From: Entomortierella parvispora E1425
Taxonomy: Eukaryota; Fungi; Mortierellomycota
Direction: 5' to 3'
Assembly: GCA_020891255.1 (NCBI GenBank)
Contig: BQFW01000002.1
Span: 1,240,001 to 1,304,000, forward strand
DNA length: 64,000 bases
Shown here piece after piece: positions 13,544-25,602 of this stretch (positions within the stretch are counted from its first letter, which is position 1; each line of letters begins with the position of its first letter). A program made the translations under genes and the position numbers. The notes below the pieces were generated by a model. That model saw only the letters and a list, made by a program, of their open reading frames with translations. It had not been told where the DNA came from and made no database searches.

Positions 13544-13595
13544 CGTATAGAGTCTCTTGACCAGAGCGTTTCGTATAGAGTCTCTTGAACAGAGC
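13544..13595. repeat. Tandem direct repeat, 2 x 24 bp (period 28), just after a G15 run
   Basis: cgtatagagtctcttga(c/a)cagagc at 13544-13567 and 13572-13595; poly-G at 13507-13521. Confidence 0.85.
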
Positions 13596-14332
13596 CTGTT
13601 ACTTTTCCGTGAGATAGGTGGAAGCTCCGGGTCTTGGGCCTAGATGGTCCTGTGGGTCCCGGCGCACAAGTATGGGTTTAGGAAAGTGCCATTGGTCAAG
13701 CTGTGCTTGGCAATAAAGGTAGACAGGAACCACATATTAAACTTAATAGAAGAGGATGGACCAATTGACGCGTATTCTACGCGTTACGATACCTTTATCG
13801 GCCATAGAGTAGAAGGGGCGGGGAGGCTGTAGAAGGGTATGGGGTTAATCTTGATGAAGATAATGAGGTCCATGCAGTCAGGAAGCAACTTTCTGGGGGA
13901 CCTTTGTGGCCTTGGATATATCAGTGGTGTTGTCAAAGCTCAATAAGAAAAAAAAAGAATGAATCTAATCTAACTGATGATGTTCACTGCTTTTCCATCG
14001 AAAGTAGAAGGATAAAATGAACAACACACGATTGGGGCAAGTACGAAGTATATAAAAGTGAAATAGACGTTCATTGTCCGTTGTTCGTAGGCGATGAGCG
14101 TTGCCGGTGTTCCATTGATGGCAAAGTCCTATCGTTGTCCGCTGGAACCAGTCTACTCAACAACGAGCGGCGTGTGACAATCGACGGGCGTGATGAAAGG
14201 AAGGCCAGTGAAAGAAGCAGTGCTGTGGCATGCAAAAAGAGACGAGTGTATCAAACGAAAAAGTCGGCGGAAAGACGACATGGTTGTTGGCCAGATTCCC
14301 AAAAAATTGCGGACCACCAAAACAAAAGAAAG

Positions 14333-14405
14333 CGCCCAATGTGGGGGTCGAACCCACAACCTTCAGATTAAGAGTCTGACGCTCTACCGATTGAGCTAAC
14401 CGGGC
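14333..14405 (-). tRNA. tRNA-Lys (CTT), identical to the copy at 6880-6952
   Basis: The reverse complement matches 6880-6952 base for base, with a T-rich terminator. Confidence 0.98.
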
Positions 14406-14566
14406 TAGCTGTTATCCTTTTGATATCTACCAGAATTTTCAGACATCTATATTTAGATAATCCAAGACGAATTCACGTGACAACTGAGGCTTGGACGTTG
14501 AATCACGTGATCTCCGTTGAAGGCATTTCGATCCAACAATTTCTTGAAAACAACAAGAAACAGCTC

Positions 14567-14639
14567 GCTCGTTTAGCTTAGTCGGTAGAGCGTCGTGCTA
14601 ATAACGCGAAGGCCGCAGGTTCGATCCCTGCAATGAGCA
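14567..14639 (+). tRNA. tRNA-Ile (AAT)
   Basis: Acceptor stem GCTCGTT/AATGAGC, anticodon arm TCGTG-CTAATAA-CGCGA, T-loop GGTTCGAT, and a T-run downstream. Confidence 0.97.
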
Positions 14640-14854
14640 TTTCCTTTTGCTTTTGGCATCTGTTCCTTTTCTGCTAGCGAACAGTGGTCGCCTATTCGTT
14701 TTCGACCATGAGACCTCATCGCATCTCTGTGGAAGCTTTGAGTGACGACTTAGTGATGAGGGTTTATTGTGTAGGTCCATGGCGCAAGAAGGTATTGAGA
14801 AATATTGAAAAAGGGGTACAGTAATAGGTATGGTTGGGAGACCAAATTTGGCAT

Positions 14855-16378
14855 CTAAAAGCCAGTAAGAGCATCGCGGAAGTGGTATTCCTTTCGCTCA
14901 GGCTCAGAGGATACAAGAAGGATTCTCTTGAACTCAGTCATGAACCGCTGGGCGCTCTCCTTAGACTTGAACGTGGCCCTCTGCCAGGTACTGGTCACCG
15001 TCAAGATACCATTTGCAGTCGCCGCATTTAAGGTAAACGGAGAACTGATAGTACTCGCGTCTTGAGAAAAGACAGAGTGCAAGACCTTGAACGCGATGGG
15101 GGTTGCTTCGGTCGCAGTTTGATCCCAGGCTTTGCCAATGTTGGAGAGCTTGAGAGTCGTTTGGCGTCCATGCTGCTCTTTCTTGATGTGTCCCTTCATA
15201 AAGTCATCCCAGGAATCCTTGGGAATGAACTCCAACAAACCGGTGTATTCGAGAAGATGGCGAACTCCTTTGCGAGTTGTGGTCCCTTTGACAATTTCCT
15301 TGCGGTACTTTTGAGCCAAGACCCAAAACTCAGTGTCCAGCCGCACGCGAATATTCTTGGTCGTAATCTCGGACGTGTAGCTGCCTTGGTCATTGCGTGC
15401 AATTGGAGGTTGGACCAAAGAGCGCAATGACACGGGGGTTCCAAAAGTGAGGATGTCTTTCGTGGTCGTGACAATGTTCTTTTCCTTGTCCACCTTGGAC
15501 AGGTAAACCGCCTTGGTGGCGAAGACCGAAGCAGCAAAGAGAATAGCCTGGACAGTGGTATTTCGAGCCTTTGCTGCTTTTGCCATAAGCGAGGTCTCCT
15601 CTTGAGTGAGGAACCAAATGTCCACTTCGGTTTCGTGCGGAGCCTCTAAAGTCGCGTCGATTTCTCCGGCCCAGTATTTCTGCTCGATCGCTTTTTTCAA
15701 AAAGCCAGGCAAGAGTAGGCCCGTGGTTGCCTCCTTGATTAACAAGGTGTAGCTCGGTTGGCAATTCACGCGCGCCTCCATGTTTAGCGGCAGCTCGTGC
15801 GTCGGCGAGGTCACAACGGTTGAAGAAAGGGGTCTGTCCGTTCCATGCAGGGCGGCGTCTAGGTTGATCTGCTCCACCAACTGCTCCGTCAGAGCCATTG
15901 CGGACCGACCATCACCGATAGCGTGTTGAAAGTTGTAGAGGATGTAAAATGTGTCGTCTTCTTGGACTTGAACCACTATGATGCGCCAGAGAGGCACCTC
16001 AACATCCAAGTAGTCGAACATGACTCGATGCTCTTCCGCTAGGACCTCTGAAACATCTGCAGGGCAGCGCACCGTTGCCACTCGGATGACTTTGTTCAAA
16101 TCAACCGAGGGCATTCGCAGAAATTTCGGATGAGGCGAAAGATGATCACCCACAACAACAGAAAGGACAGAGTGTTGCTGAATGAGGTTGGTGAGAGGTC
16201 TGGCTAGAAATTGGAGCCACCCGCTATGGTCTTGAGGCAGAGGTGGCGCAGCCTTGCCCTCGAGGGGCTGAATCTGCAACCGTGTGCCGACAATGACATT
16301 GCTATAGACGCCAGCATTAGCACGGGCAAGACTGTATCGCTCAAGGTTCGCAACGTCGCGAACAAATGGTAGTGACAT
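14855..16378 (-). CDS. Alcohol acetyltransferase / condensation-like acyltransferase (HxxxD), intronless
   Basis: A single open frame from the probable start MSLPFVRDVANLERY at 16378, with motif FQHAIGDGRS and C-terminal TTLKLSNIG, typical of the ATF1-like AATase family. Confidence 0.82.
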   Translation of the reverse strand: MSLPFVRDVANLERYSLARANAGVYSNVIVGTRLQIQPLEGKAAPPLPQDHSGWLQFLARPLTNLIQQHSVLSVVVGDHLSPHPKFLRMPSVDLNKVIRVATVRCPADVSEVLAEEHRVMFDYLDVEVPLWRIIVVQVQEDDTFYILYNFQHAIGDGRSAMALTEQLVEQINLDAALHGTDRPLSSTVVTSPTHELPLNMEARVNCQPSYTLLIKEATTGLLLPGFLKKAIEQKYWAGEIDATLEAPHETEVDIWFLTQEETSLMAKAAKARNTTVQAILFAASVFATKAVYLSKVDKEKNIVTTTKDILTFGTPVSLRSLVQPPIARNDQGSYTSEITTKNIRVRLDTEFWVLAQKYRKEIVKGTTTRKGVRHLLEYTGLLEFIPKDSWDDFMKGHIKKEQHGRQTTLKLSNIGKAWDQTATEATPIAFKVLHSVFSQDASTISSPFTLNAATANGILTVTSTWQRATFKSKESAQRFMTEFKRILLVSSEPERKEYHFRDALTGF

Positions 16379-16803
16379 GAAAGGAGAAAGGGGGGATGGG
16401 GTGAATGAAGGAAAGAGGGATGGGGTGAATGAAGGAAAGAGAGATGGTGATGGGCTGATCCTGTTGGTTGAAGCTTTATTCGCCAAGGGTGAGGTTTGGG
16501 GGATTCCCGGGCTTTTCTGGGCTTGCGGGCTGGAGCCGCTCCGCAGCTTTGGTTAAAAATACGTAGTTATTTAACAGGTTTCGTTATTTTTTATGAATGG
16601 CTTTCAGTGGTGTGATATGGGTTCGTCTCCTCTTCCCGCCGTCCATGTACCGGTCTGCAAAGGGCGCTAAGCTGTGGTAGGCACCCTACATACAAACGCA
16701 GGAAGGAAGACACCAAGGTGGACGAAACTGAAAAAAAGAAAAAAAAAAACTACAAATTGAAAACGTGGGATTGGGATGTGCGGGTGCAGATGAACGGACA
16801 GTC

Positions 16804-18730
16804 TTAGACAGCAGAATCAGTCGCCTTGTCTTCCTTGTTTTCCTGCTCTTCCTTGCCTTCCTTGTCCTCCTCATCCTCCTTGCTCTCCTTAGTAACTTCT
16901 TCCACTGACTCTTTAGGTGTTGTTGAGTTGGTAGAGGACTCAGCAGTCTCCTTGAGCGTTTCGGGGTCCTCGTCACCGTTGGGTCTGGCTTTGGAATCTG
17001 CAGGTCCGAGACGAACAGCTACACGCGAGGTGATCAACTCGTACCACTCTTCCAATGTCTTGCCGTTCAAGATAGCCACGATGACCATAGTCATGTTATC
17101 GCAGCCGATACCAGTCATTCCGCTATCCGAGGCCAGGCAATGATCCATGGCCATCTCGCAGATTGTCTCCAATGGGATTTGCTCAGCAACATGCTTGCGA
17201 ACATATGTAACAGCCTCCTGCGAGGACATGCAGTCCCAAATACCTAAATATTCAGTTTGGTCAAAAAAAAATAAAAAAAAATGAGATGACTGAAGTCCTG
17301 ACCAGGTTGTGCAAGGCTGAAGATTACTGCATTATCATGTGTCGTTACCATCGCACGCCAAAATGAGGAACTCGTCGTCAGAGGTAATCTTATGTTCGAC
17401 AATAACGGGGTTGGCTAAAGACAGAGTGCAGAGAAGCAATCAGTAAACTGTTCTGTAACAACACGTAGCAACATATATCTTGAGACTTCTTTCCTACCAG
17501 TAACTATTTGATCGTCAGGACCAAGTGTGGCGTTCGTCTTGAACTCGAAATCGCCCAAAGCACGCGAAAGAGCAAGATTGCCATTGACACGGCCATACTC
17601 GACAAAGCCTCCAGCAGCAACAATACGCCTCGTCTCCTCTGTGACAGACATTATAAAACAGGTCAGGCCTTGGAAAATCGGAAAATAAGCTTATCGAGGG
17701 TGATAGTTCTGTCGTACCTGCGTTCACGGGCTTGTGATCGTTTGACAAAGCGATACCTGCACCATCGGTACTGAGGACGGCGCGCGAATCACCGGCATTT
17801 CCCTAACATGGACAGGATTATACGACATTAGTATGAGCCACGTTTCAGTTTTTCAAAACCACAGAGTCCAAGTTGTCAATTCGACATCATCTACGGATCA
17901 GCATGCATGACATCGTCAGATTCCTGGAAAGGTTATTCCAAACTTACGACATAAAGAACATCCTTGTTGGTGAAGGTTGCAGTGATAGCGGTGCATCCCG
18001 ACATGTCGTTGCCATATTCTGGATCTGTAAACGGCAATATTGATTAGCAGAAGTTTTTCATCATCGGTGCTCGCAGGGTGGGTTCCACTGTCTGCTGTTG
18101 TGTACCATAGCGAAGAGCTCGATCCATCTCCAGGAAACCGCCCTTGATGGCGGCAAAGTAGTCGCCTTTGGCAAATGCCTTATCTGCAACAATCCTCTTG
18201 TGAAGTCCATCGCCACTGTATTTCGCAACATTGGGGCCTATGATGGAGGAAGACGTCAGGATCAGATACGAAGTTTGGCGAGTCAGCCATTTCTGGCGTT
18301 TGATCTATATTTGTTCGTCGAGCTTACCTCCGTGGCCATCGTAGACGGCAAAGAATGCGGTTCCTTCAGCACCCTCTACTTCGAGCAGGGTTGTATGGGC
18401 ATCTTCCATACCTATTGGATTGAAAATGATATAATTCACAATGACAAGGGTCAAGGGGGCAATAGCGCAGACCTGAAGTGCTGCAATGGTACAGGGGAAG
18501 ACTTTTTGCAAAAAAAACAAGCAATGCAACAGAACAGAGCATGATTATGACCAAAAAGACAGCAAAAAAACAGAAAGGATAATAACAATGTCACGCAGTA
18601 ATGACAAAATGGGCACGAGATAGATACTGATTCGCCATCCTTGCATAGCGGAGGCTCCATATGCGAAGCGCTTGTCATGACCAGAAGACGAATGCTTCTC
18701 AGTGATTGGTGCTGAAAGAGTCTGACCCAT
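16804..18730 (-). CDS. PTC2: Protein phosphatase 2C, Ptc2/Ptc3 type (8 exons)
   Basis: [12 protein letters not shown] (myristoylation-type start), [54 protein letters not shown] and GCDNMT. The introns are phase-consistent GT-AG. Confidence 0.95.
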
Positions 18731-20500
18731 GTCGTTCGATGCTGGTGGCGGTTAGATGGGGTCGGCGGGAGGGGTAAGGAAGGGAGGATTGCGATTGAGC
18801 TGGACTGGAGGAATAGAGAAGAAAGAAGGGTGTTTAGAGATAGATTCAGGGAAGGTAAAGAACAAAAAGAGGGTCTGGGAGACGCAGAGGGTCCAATTTG
18901 GAAAAGAGCGCGTCCTGCTTCGTTCGCCTGGCCTGGTCTGGTGGGGATGGCGATTCAATCGTCTGTTTTGCCACCAGATTGAGAGACTTTGTCTGTCAAT
19001 CATGAGTCAAGCAACCATATGTTCGTTCATCCATCCATCCATCCATCTATTCATCCATGCAGTGATGCAGTGGACCTCTATCGCCACTGTCGCCGCTCCA
19101 TTCGTCACATAGATGAAAATGCAGTATGTCTAGTCTGAAATTGTCGCATGCGTTTATCTTCCTGTGGCATGGTGCTGTGACAGTGACAGACCCATTCAGC
19201 AGAGGCAGAGAATCGAGACGACACACATAGGTTGGGCTTCAAGCTCGAGTGACCCTCACGCAAGATCTTTTTTTTTTTTTGGTCGTGTTCAACTCTTGGC
19301 TCTTTCACTCAGACATCTCGCCGTGTGCTCTTTACCAGGACCGTTTACCGCACTTCGCCCAGCCCACAGTAAGGAAAGGAGGGAAAAAAAGGGCAGCATG
19401 AAAGCGGAAAGCATCCACCAGAGGGATGACTCGGACACGAGGAAGTGTTCTTACATTGAAATGCGGTTTGATGACGAGTGCGGACCAGAGATGAGTGCAG
19501 AGATGATGAACAAATGCGCTTCTGCTGTCTCCGTCCCTGCCGCTCGTGACCAATCTCGCTTATTGTGACTACCAGAGAAAATTAAAAAAAAGTAATTGAC
19601 GAGACATGAAGCTTGCTGAGAATACTTACATAAGTTGAGAGAGAACTCAATTCCTAACATGGGATCGACTCGCGATACATTTGGAAGGTTTTGATCCAGT
19701 CCTAAGGGGATGGTGTTCGTTCGGGGGTGCGACCAAAGAATGGTGCCTGTTCGCAAAAAATATACGCAAGATCTAAAGTGGGTGACAGGTTGAGGGTGGA
19801 AGTTAGCTTTTGGATCAACATGTGCCCATCCAACAAAAAGACTTGTGTTAGTGCAGAGAGACCGCATCACGCGTGTCTCGGATGGAGCCTAGATGACGAC
19901 AGCCATGAAAAGCGAACGTTGAGTGCCCTTCGCTACAGCATCGATACAAAAGCCAAGGTCTAACGACCAGGCGTTCCATAGCGAGGTACTGCCTTTGTCT
20001 TCCAAAGCTTTTACACGAACCTGACGGTTATATAAGGAGGCAAAGAATTCGAGACTCGAATAAAGTCAGTATAGATGTTCTAGACGTTACAACTTTCAGA
20101 GAGAGCAGAACATTTACCTTTTCATCCTCCTTTCCTCTCGTCGACCTCCTCCAGTTACTTGTATGGGCGTAGGTGTGTGTCTGTATATAAGTGTGGTGGT
20201 TGTTGTGGGATAGGTTTTGGGAGGAAAGAAAGGTGGGTGAGTTGAGAAAGAAAGAAAGGAGAACGAACAGCTGGCCACGGCAGGCAGTTTTTGAAGATTG
20301 ATCGGCTATTTTATCCTCATGAAATTAAACAAAGAAGCCGTGCGGTGTCCCTGAGCAAAAAGTTTTTCGTTGTTTTCCGAGTCAGCCCAGTTCGACTTTC
20401 ATTCATCCTGTTCTTCATTCAAATTGCTCCTTCATCCGATCCTGCTTCCTCCCTTCCTTCCATCCCATTTTATCGATCTCATTTGTCGATTGTTATAATC

Positions 20501-21057
20501 ATGCGTTTCCTCTTATTCATCCTGACCTGCTTTGTTGTTCTGGGGCTTGTTGCTGCCCAGCAGGGATCGACGTGTGGTCCAGACTCTGGCTCCTGCTCGG
20601 AAGGGAACTGTTGCTCCTCCGCGGTATGTCTTTGCTCCATGACCGACTTTCGTAATTCATGAACATGGTTCGCTCATCTTTTCCTTTCATTCTTTATCAG
20701 GGTTTCTGTGGCAACACACCTCTTTATTGCGGCCAAGGTTGTCAGGCTGAATATGGAACCTGCTCGGGGGGAGTTTCGGCAACCCCTTCAGTGTCTGCAA
20801 CAACGGCATCCCCTGTCGCCTCCCCAACTTCTTTCTCCCCTTCAGCGTCGCCTTCGCCCATGACTACTACCGAATCGACCACTACAAGCACCAGAACCAG
20901 ACATAATCAGGACCCCTCACCTACCCAGACCACCAAAGGCACCTTTCAACTCCAACCAACAGGAAAGCCCAGCGCCGCCATCTCGGCCCAGGACAAAGGT
21001 GTTCGCTCTACAGTCGCCCTTGTGGTTGTCTTTATCGCCGGGTTGATGATGGCATAG
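20501..21057 (+). CDS. Secreted chitin-binding type-1 (hevein/CBM18) protein with S/T stalk and GPI-like C-terminus
   Basis: Exons 20501-20623 and 20701-21057. Signal peptide, then CGPDSGSCSEGNCCSSAGFCGNTPLYCGQGCQAEYGTC (8 Cys), an S/T/P-rich linker and a hydrophobic tail VALVVVFIAGLMMA. Confidence 0.88.
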
Positions 21058-21322
21058 AAGCATGGATGACAGGAAAGCCAGTTTTGATATAGACCGAAAC
21101 ATCATTCTCACTTTTGCATAGTATACCACTTACTTATCTCTAATATACACACCCTTCATCCTTCACGGAAGGAATATTCAATCACCGAATCCCCTTTGCA
21201 ATAATGATTGTATTGGCGGTGGCTGACACACTCAACTAGAATTTGCGCACTGACCGATTTTTGTTCCTGAAAAATGTGATCTGTCGCCCCGTCACCACAA
21301 GCTGCTTCTTGACTTGTTTGTA

Positions 21323-22649
21323 TCAAAGCAGGCTCAAGATCTGGCTGCCTTGCCAAGAGTCACCAGCAGCCAAGGCGAGGAATTCGGCAACCTGGCCAGC
21401 CTCTACACAAATCATTCGATGGAACTCCTCGTTTCCAAAATCCGCCATGCCCGCGGCCTTTTCTGCCCAGGGGTTCCAGACCACAATATCCTTCAGTCCA
21501 TTCTTGTGCAATTGGACTCCTCCTGCAGCCCGGTTATCACCAAACTGGATCTCAATGTTGGTCGCGGCCAAATTAGCATATACAGAATCAACTTCTCCAC
21601 GGATCACAGCATCTCCCTCTTGTCTTGCAGTCGTCTGCAGAACTTTGTCAGTGTAATCCACCCCGCTCAGACCAATGACCCTGACCTTAGTGGCATCCTG
21701 TAAGGTAAGAGTACATATTTGTTAGTAAGCTAGTAGCCGACATGGAACACGGAGCAAGGACGACTTACAGGGATCAAGAAGTAGGTGTGAAGCAGTGTAT
21801 TGAAGTCAAAAGCCTGGTTGCCAATGTTGTGGACACGCAGCTGAGTCTCAATGGTTTCTGCAGACAACTTGACGGTGTATACCAGCGAGAAATCGAAAGG
21901 CCACATAGCACGATGCTCCTCCGAGATCATGGAGTGGTCAAGACCTAGGCGAGGAATATAACGCATCAGATTCTCAGACTGACCAAGGACCCTCAAGACA
22001 TTATTAAATCAGCGGACTTATTTTTTCTTACCAAACTCGGCAACGACAGAGTTAGAGTCTTCGTGCGAGTTGACAAGCTTCCAGCGGGAGATACGGGCAA
22101 AGCCTGCAGAATATCAAAAAGAGGAGGAACGCGATCAGCGAAAGGCAGCAGGCAATCGATGTTTGGTTTACGTCACAGGCAAAAATTAAAAATATACCAT
22201 GCTGAGGAAGACTCGCAGTGACATGAGGGGCCTTTCCTTTGCCAAAGACGGGAAAGACGAGAGGGATTCTACGGCAAATGCATAGTTGGACAGTCAATGT
22301 TAGCTTATTGGCAAGAGTGAGCGGTCTGGACTGTACTCCATCCACTATAGCCAAGAATAGTACCCGCCGCGGATAGCCTTCGAGCCATCAAGGACAGCCT
22401 TTTCACTAGAAATAAAATATTTTATATAAGACCAGAGTAAAGGAACGCGTGGTGAGTATTGGTGCTTCGATGTCATTGCGTATCTTGAAGAGGTTTCTCG
22501 ATAGGAGATGGCTTATACCTGAGGAAGATACGCTCCTCGCCTTTGACCTTCCAGGACGTTAGGGTCGCGCCAAAAAGGTAGACCTCAGCGCCTGCGCCAG
22601 AGGCAGGATGGGTCAAGATGGTCTTGTCGCTGTGCTGGGAGACGGGCAT
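21323..22649 (-). CDS. Glucose-6-phosphate 1-epimerase (aldose 1-epimerase family, Ymr099c-like)
   Basis: Spliced ORF containing AEVYLFGATLTSWK, PLVFPVFG, LPQHGFAR, LHTYF, VVWNPW and MICVEAG. Confidence 0.92.
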
Positions 22650-23067
22650 GGGAATGGGAGAGATTGCACAAAGAGGAGGAGAGGGAATGAAGAAAAGAGA
22701 AGGATGATGTGCATGATGTGCATCATTGACATTCCGTCTCGTCTCGCACATGTTCTCACGAAGGACTGCGTTCTCTTGTCGATCTTGCGATTTGGTGGCG
22801 TGCGGGATGCATGAGCCCGTTTCTCTCTTTTCTTTTTCTCTTTGTTTCCTCTCCCTGTCCACAGCATCCACCCGAGTCTGCTGCCTCGCTCAGCCTCCTT
22901 CTTCCTCTTCCCCATCCCAATAGGTTCATTGGACTTAAAGCAGCCTGGAAGACAAGGCCAACCCGACATGAGTGGATTTGGTACATATTATGGACCGTTC
23001 ATTTCTCGCATTAATTCCATTAATTGCCTCTGCTGACAATTCATTCATTCACTCACACTACCTAGAC

Positions 23068-25602
23068 ATGAGAAGGCAGCATCGTCCCTCTCACCCTGGC
23101 TGGAATGGAACCGAGGAAGAAAATAATTTCTGGGGACTCGGAGTAAATACGGAACAACGTCGCACATCCCAGGGATGGATCTCCCACGACGACGGAGCCA
23201 GCAACAGCGGGCGCGATAGCTTCGACGATGGTTGGTTTACAAATGACAGACTGGCTCCTAGCCGCGAGCAACTTGGTGATAAAAACTCTTTGGACGATCG
23301 AGGGTAGGACCAATGAGGAAATGCCGGCAGTACTTCCTACAACATGCATACTTTGAAGATGACCACTAATTGCCGCATCGACAATAGAGGCTCGGAGGAT
23401 CAGCGGATTGTAGTTCGGGAGCAACCTTGGACCTCAATCATGCCTGAGATGAATACCCCTGGACAACAGCATGGAGAGGAGGATATGACCAGATACTGGT
23501 TGAACGATGATGCAAGGAGTATGATATTTGGTCCCAAGGAACCCAAGAGACTCTTTTCAGCGCCTCAGACTGAGGAGCATAGCATCGACAGCCATGGCTG
23601 GGGAAGCCCTTCTGAGAACGTTGATCGATACCATGGCGATTTCAATGATATTATCAAGGAGCAACAGCAAACATCATTCTGGAAAAAGCGTGGTGGCGAA
23701 TGGGTGCTGCTTACTGTGAATGCCCCGTCAGCTCGGCCTAGACCGGGCTTGCCCGTCTCTGGAAATCGGCCTGGGATTCAACAGGGCTACGATGCTGACA
23801 AGGACGATTCCGAAGGTGATAGTGGCGACACGGATTGCAACTTTTTTAGTACTGCTCGACCTCAAAAACAGCACCGCCAGAAAACCGACCTTCGCCATCT
23901 AGGCTCGTTTCCACGACCAGATACTTTAGCACGGCGGGATAGTGCTAGACAAAGCTGGCTACCAGAGGATCAGTGGAAGAGGCTTAAGCAAGAGCATTTG
24001 AAAGAAGACGCCATGCAGTCGAAGCCCCAGCCCATTGTTCAGAAGGTTGAGCCAATTATCGAACTTTGGTCGCCCGATTCAGACTCGTCAGAGTCCAGCC
24101 ATAGCAGAACATCCAAAAAGGGGAAAGAATCGTCTGCGAATCTCCTGGATCTCGATTTTGACACTGAGGGCGATGGAGGTATTTTAATGGCCGAAGACTC
24201 ACTACGCGGTCGAAACTCAGTAGCTGCTCTTGTGAGTCTTGATGCAGCAGGGGCGCCCGAGGTTCCTGCATTTGTGAGAGACTCTTCAATAATCGAATCC
24301 TTGCAAGGACTGATGTTCAACGGAGAAGATCCGCTGGTGGAGACTTTGATAACCCAAGACACCCGCCCTGATCTCACAGGACCAGGAAGCATGACTTCCG
24401 TTCTTGAATCTTGTAAGGATATGGATGGGCTATCTGTGAAGACTTCGGAGGCACCATTTATCGGCTCGGACTTGACAAGAACCAGGCCCGGCCCTTTCGT
24501 CGAATCTTTGCTGACTTTTAACGAGGAGGCCACTTCCACTGGTTCACTGGAGGTCGTTGCTGAAGACAAATCTACTAGTCTGCAGAGCGACATTATGGTA
24601 GCTTCCACTACGCAGGTGCTTTCACAGACTTCAGAAAGCTCAAGAGAGCTTACAGATGGGGTTGCTGCTGGTGTTTTTCATGATGGGTTCTCGATATTCG
24701 ACTCACTGCAAAGGAATACGCAAGAAGTCCCAGTTATTCGCAGCGATATGGCGCCACTAGTGGATCTCTCATTCGAGCCCAGTAAGTATTCTGAGATGGA
24801 TCGACAATCTCCGGATATACTCGGGCTCATCGACACGCACTCGCCTGAAGACCCCCCGTTGGCGAAGGAAGTCTTACTGCTAGATCTGGATTTACCACCC
24901 AAGACAGGAACCGCATCGACAAACACGAGCGTCACTTGGGGGGGCGAATACAATACCGCAGCCAAGACTGCCACAACTCTGTCTCAGCCCGACCCGACAT
25001 TACGGAATGAGCGGACTTCTCAATTTGCAGGCTATGAATTCGCAAGTCCTCACGAATGGCTTGCCCAGATCGCTAATGATAACCGGAGACAGTTCAGCGA
25101 AAGCCGCGCTGAGAATAGGGAACAGTGGAAGTCGCTCATGGCTAAGCAAGAAGAGGATTCGAGAAAGATTGAGGAGTTCATTCAGATGACAACGATATCC
25201 AAGCCGGAACAGGACTCGAGAGAGACTGAAGAGCTCACTCGAAAGACGACAATGGCCAAAGAAAGGCCATCAGTGAAGACTAATGGAGATACAGGGGGGG
25301 AGCCTTTCTCGGTTAAATTGACGATCGAAACTCGAAATAATGGACTCCAGATTATACATGCGACGGAGGTAGGCGACTGTTTACTTATCATGATAGACAT
25401 TTGTTATTTCCTTCGTTTTATTCCATGCGATTGACTCACCCCCTTTCCTCTTTATTAGAAGGACGACCTCAGGGCCGTTGTTGAAGAGTTTTGTGGTAGA
25501 TTCGACATGGTGGGATATGATATGGCCCTTTGGGTCATGATGGCCGCCGCCATCAACGATAAGAAAGAGATAAAACGGTCAAAAGTCAAGGACACGGCCT
25601 GA
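23068..25602 (+). CDS. Hypothetical protein (786 aa), mostly disordered, with a small folded C-terminal domain
   Basis: Exons 23068-23303, 23388-25368 and 25459-25602 total 2361 nt and are phase-consistent. No family recognised. Confidence 0.7.

Noticed and set aside
16379-16486. N-terminal extension of the acyltransferase ORF (SPSLFPSFT repeats)
   Set aside because: It starts at a non-ATG codon and arises from a 24-bp tandem duplication in a pyrimidine-rich 5' UTR that happens to keep the frame.
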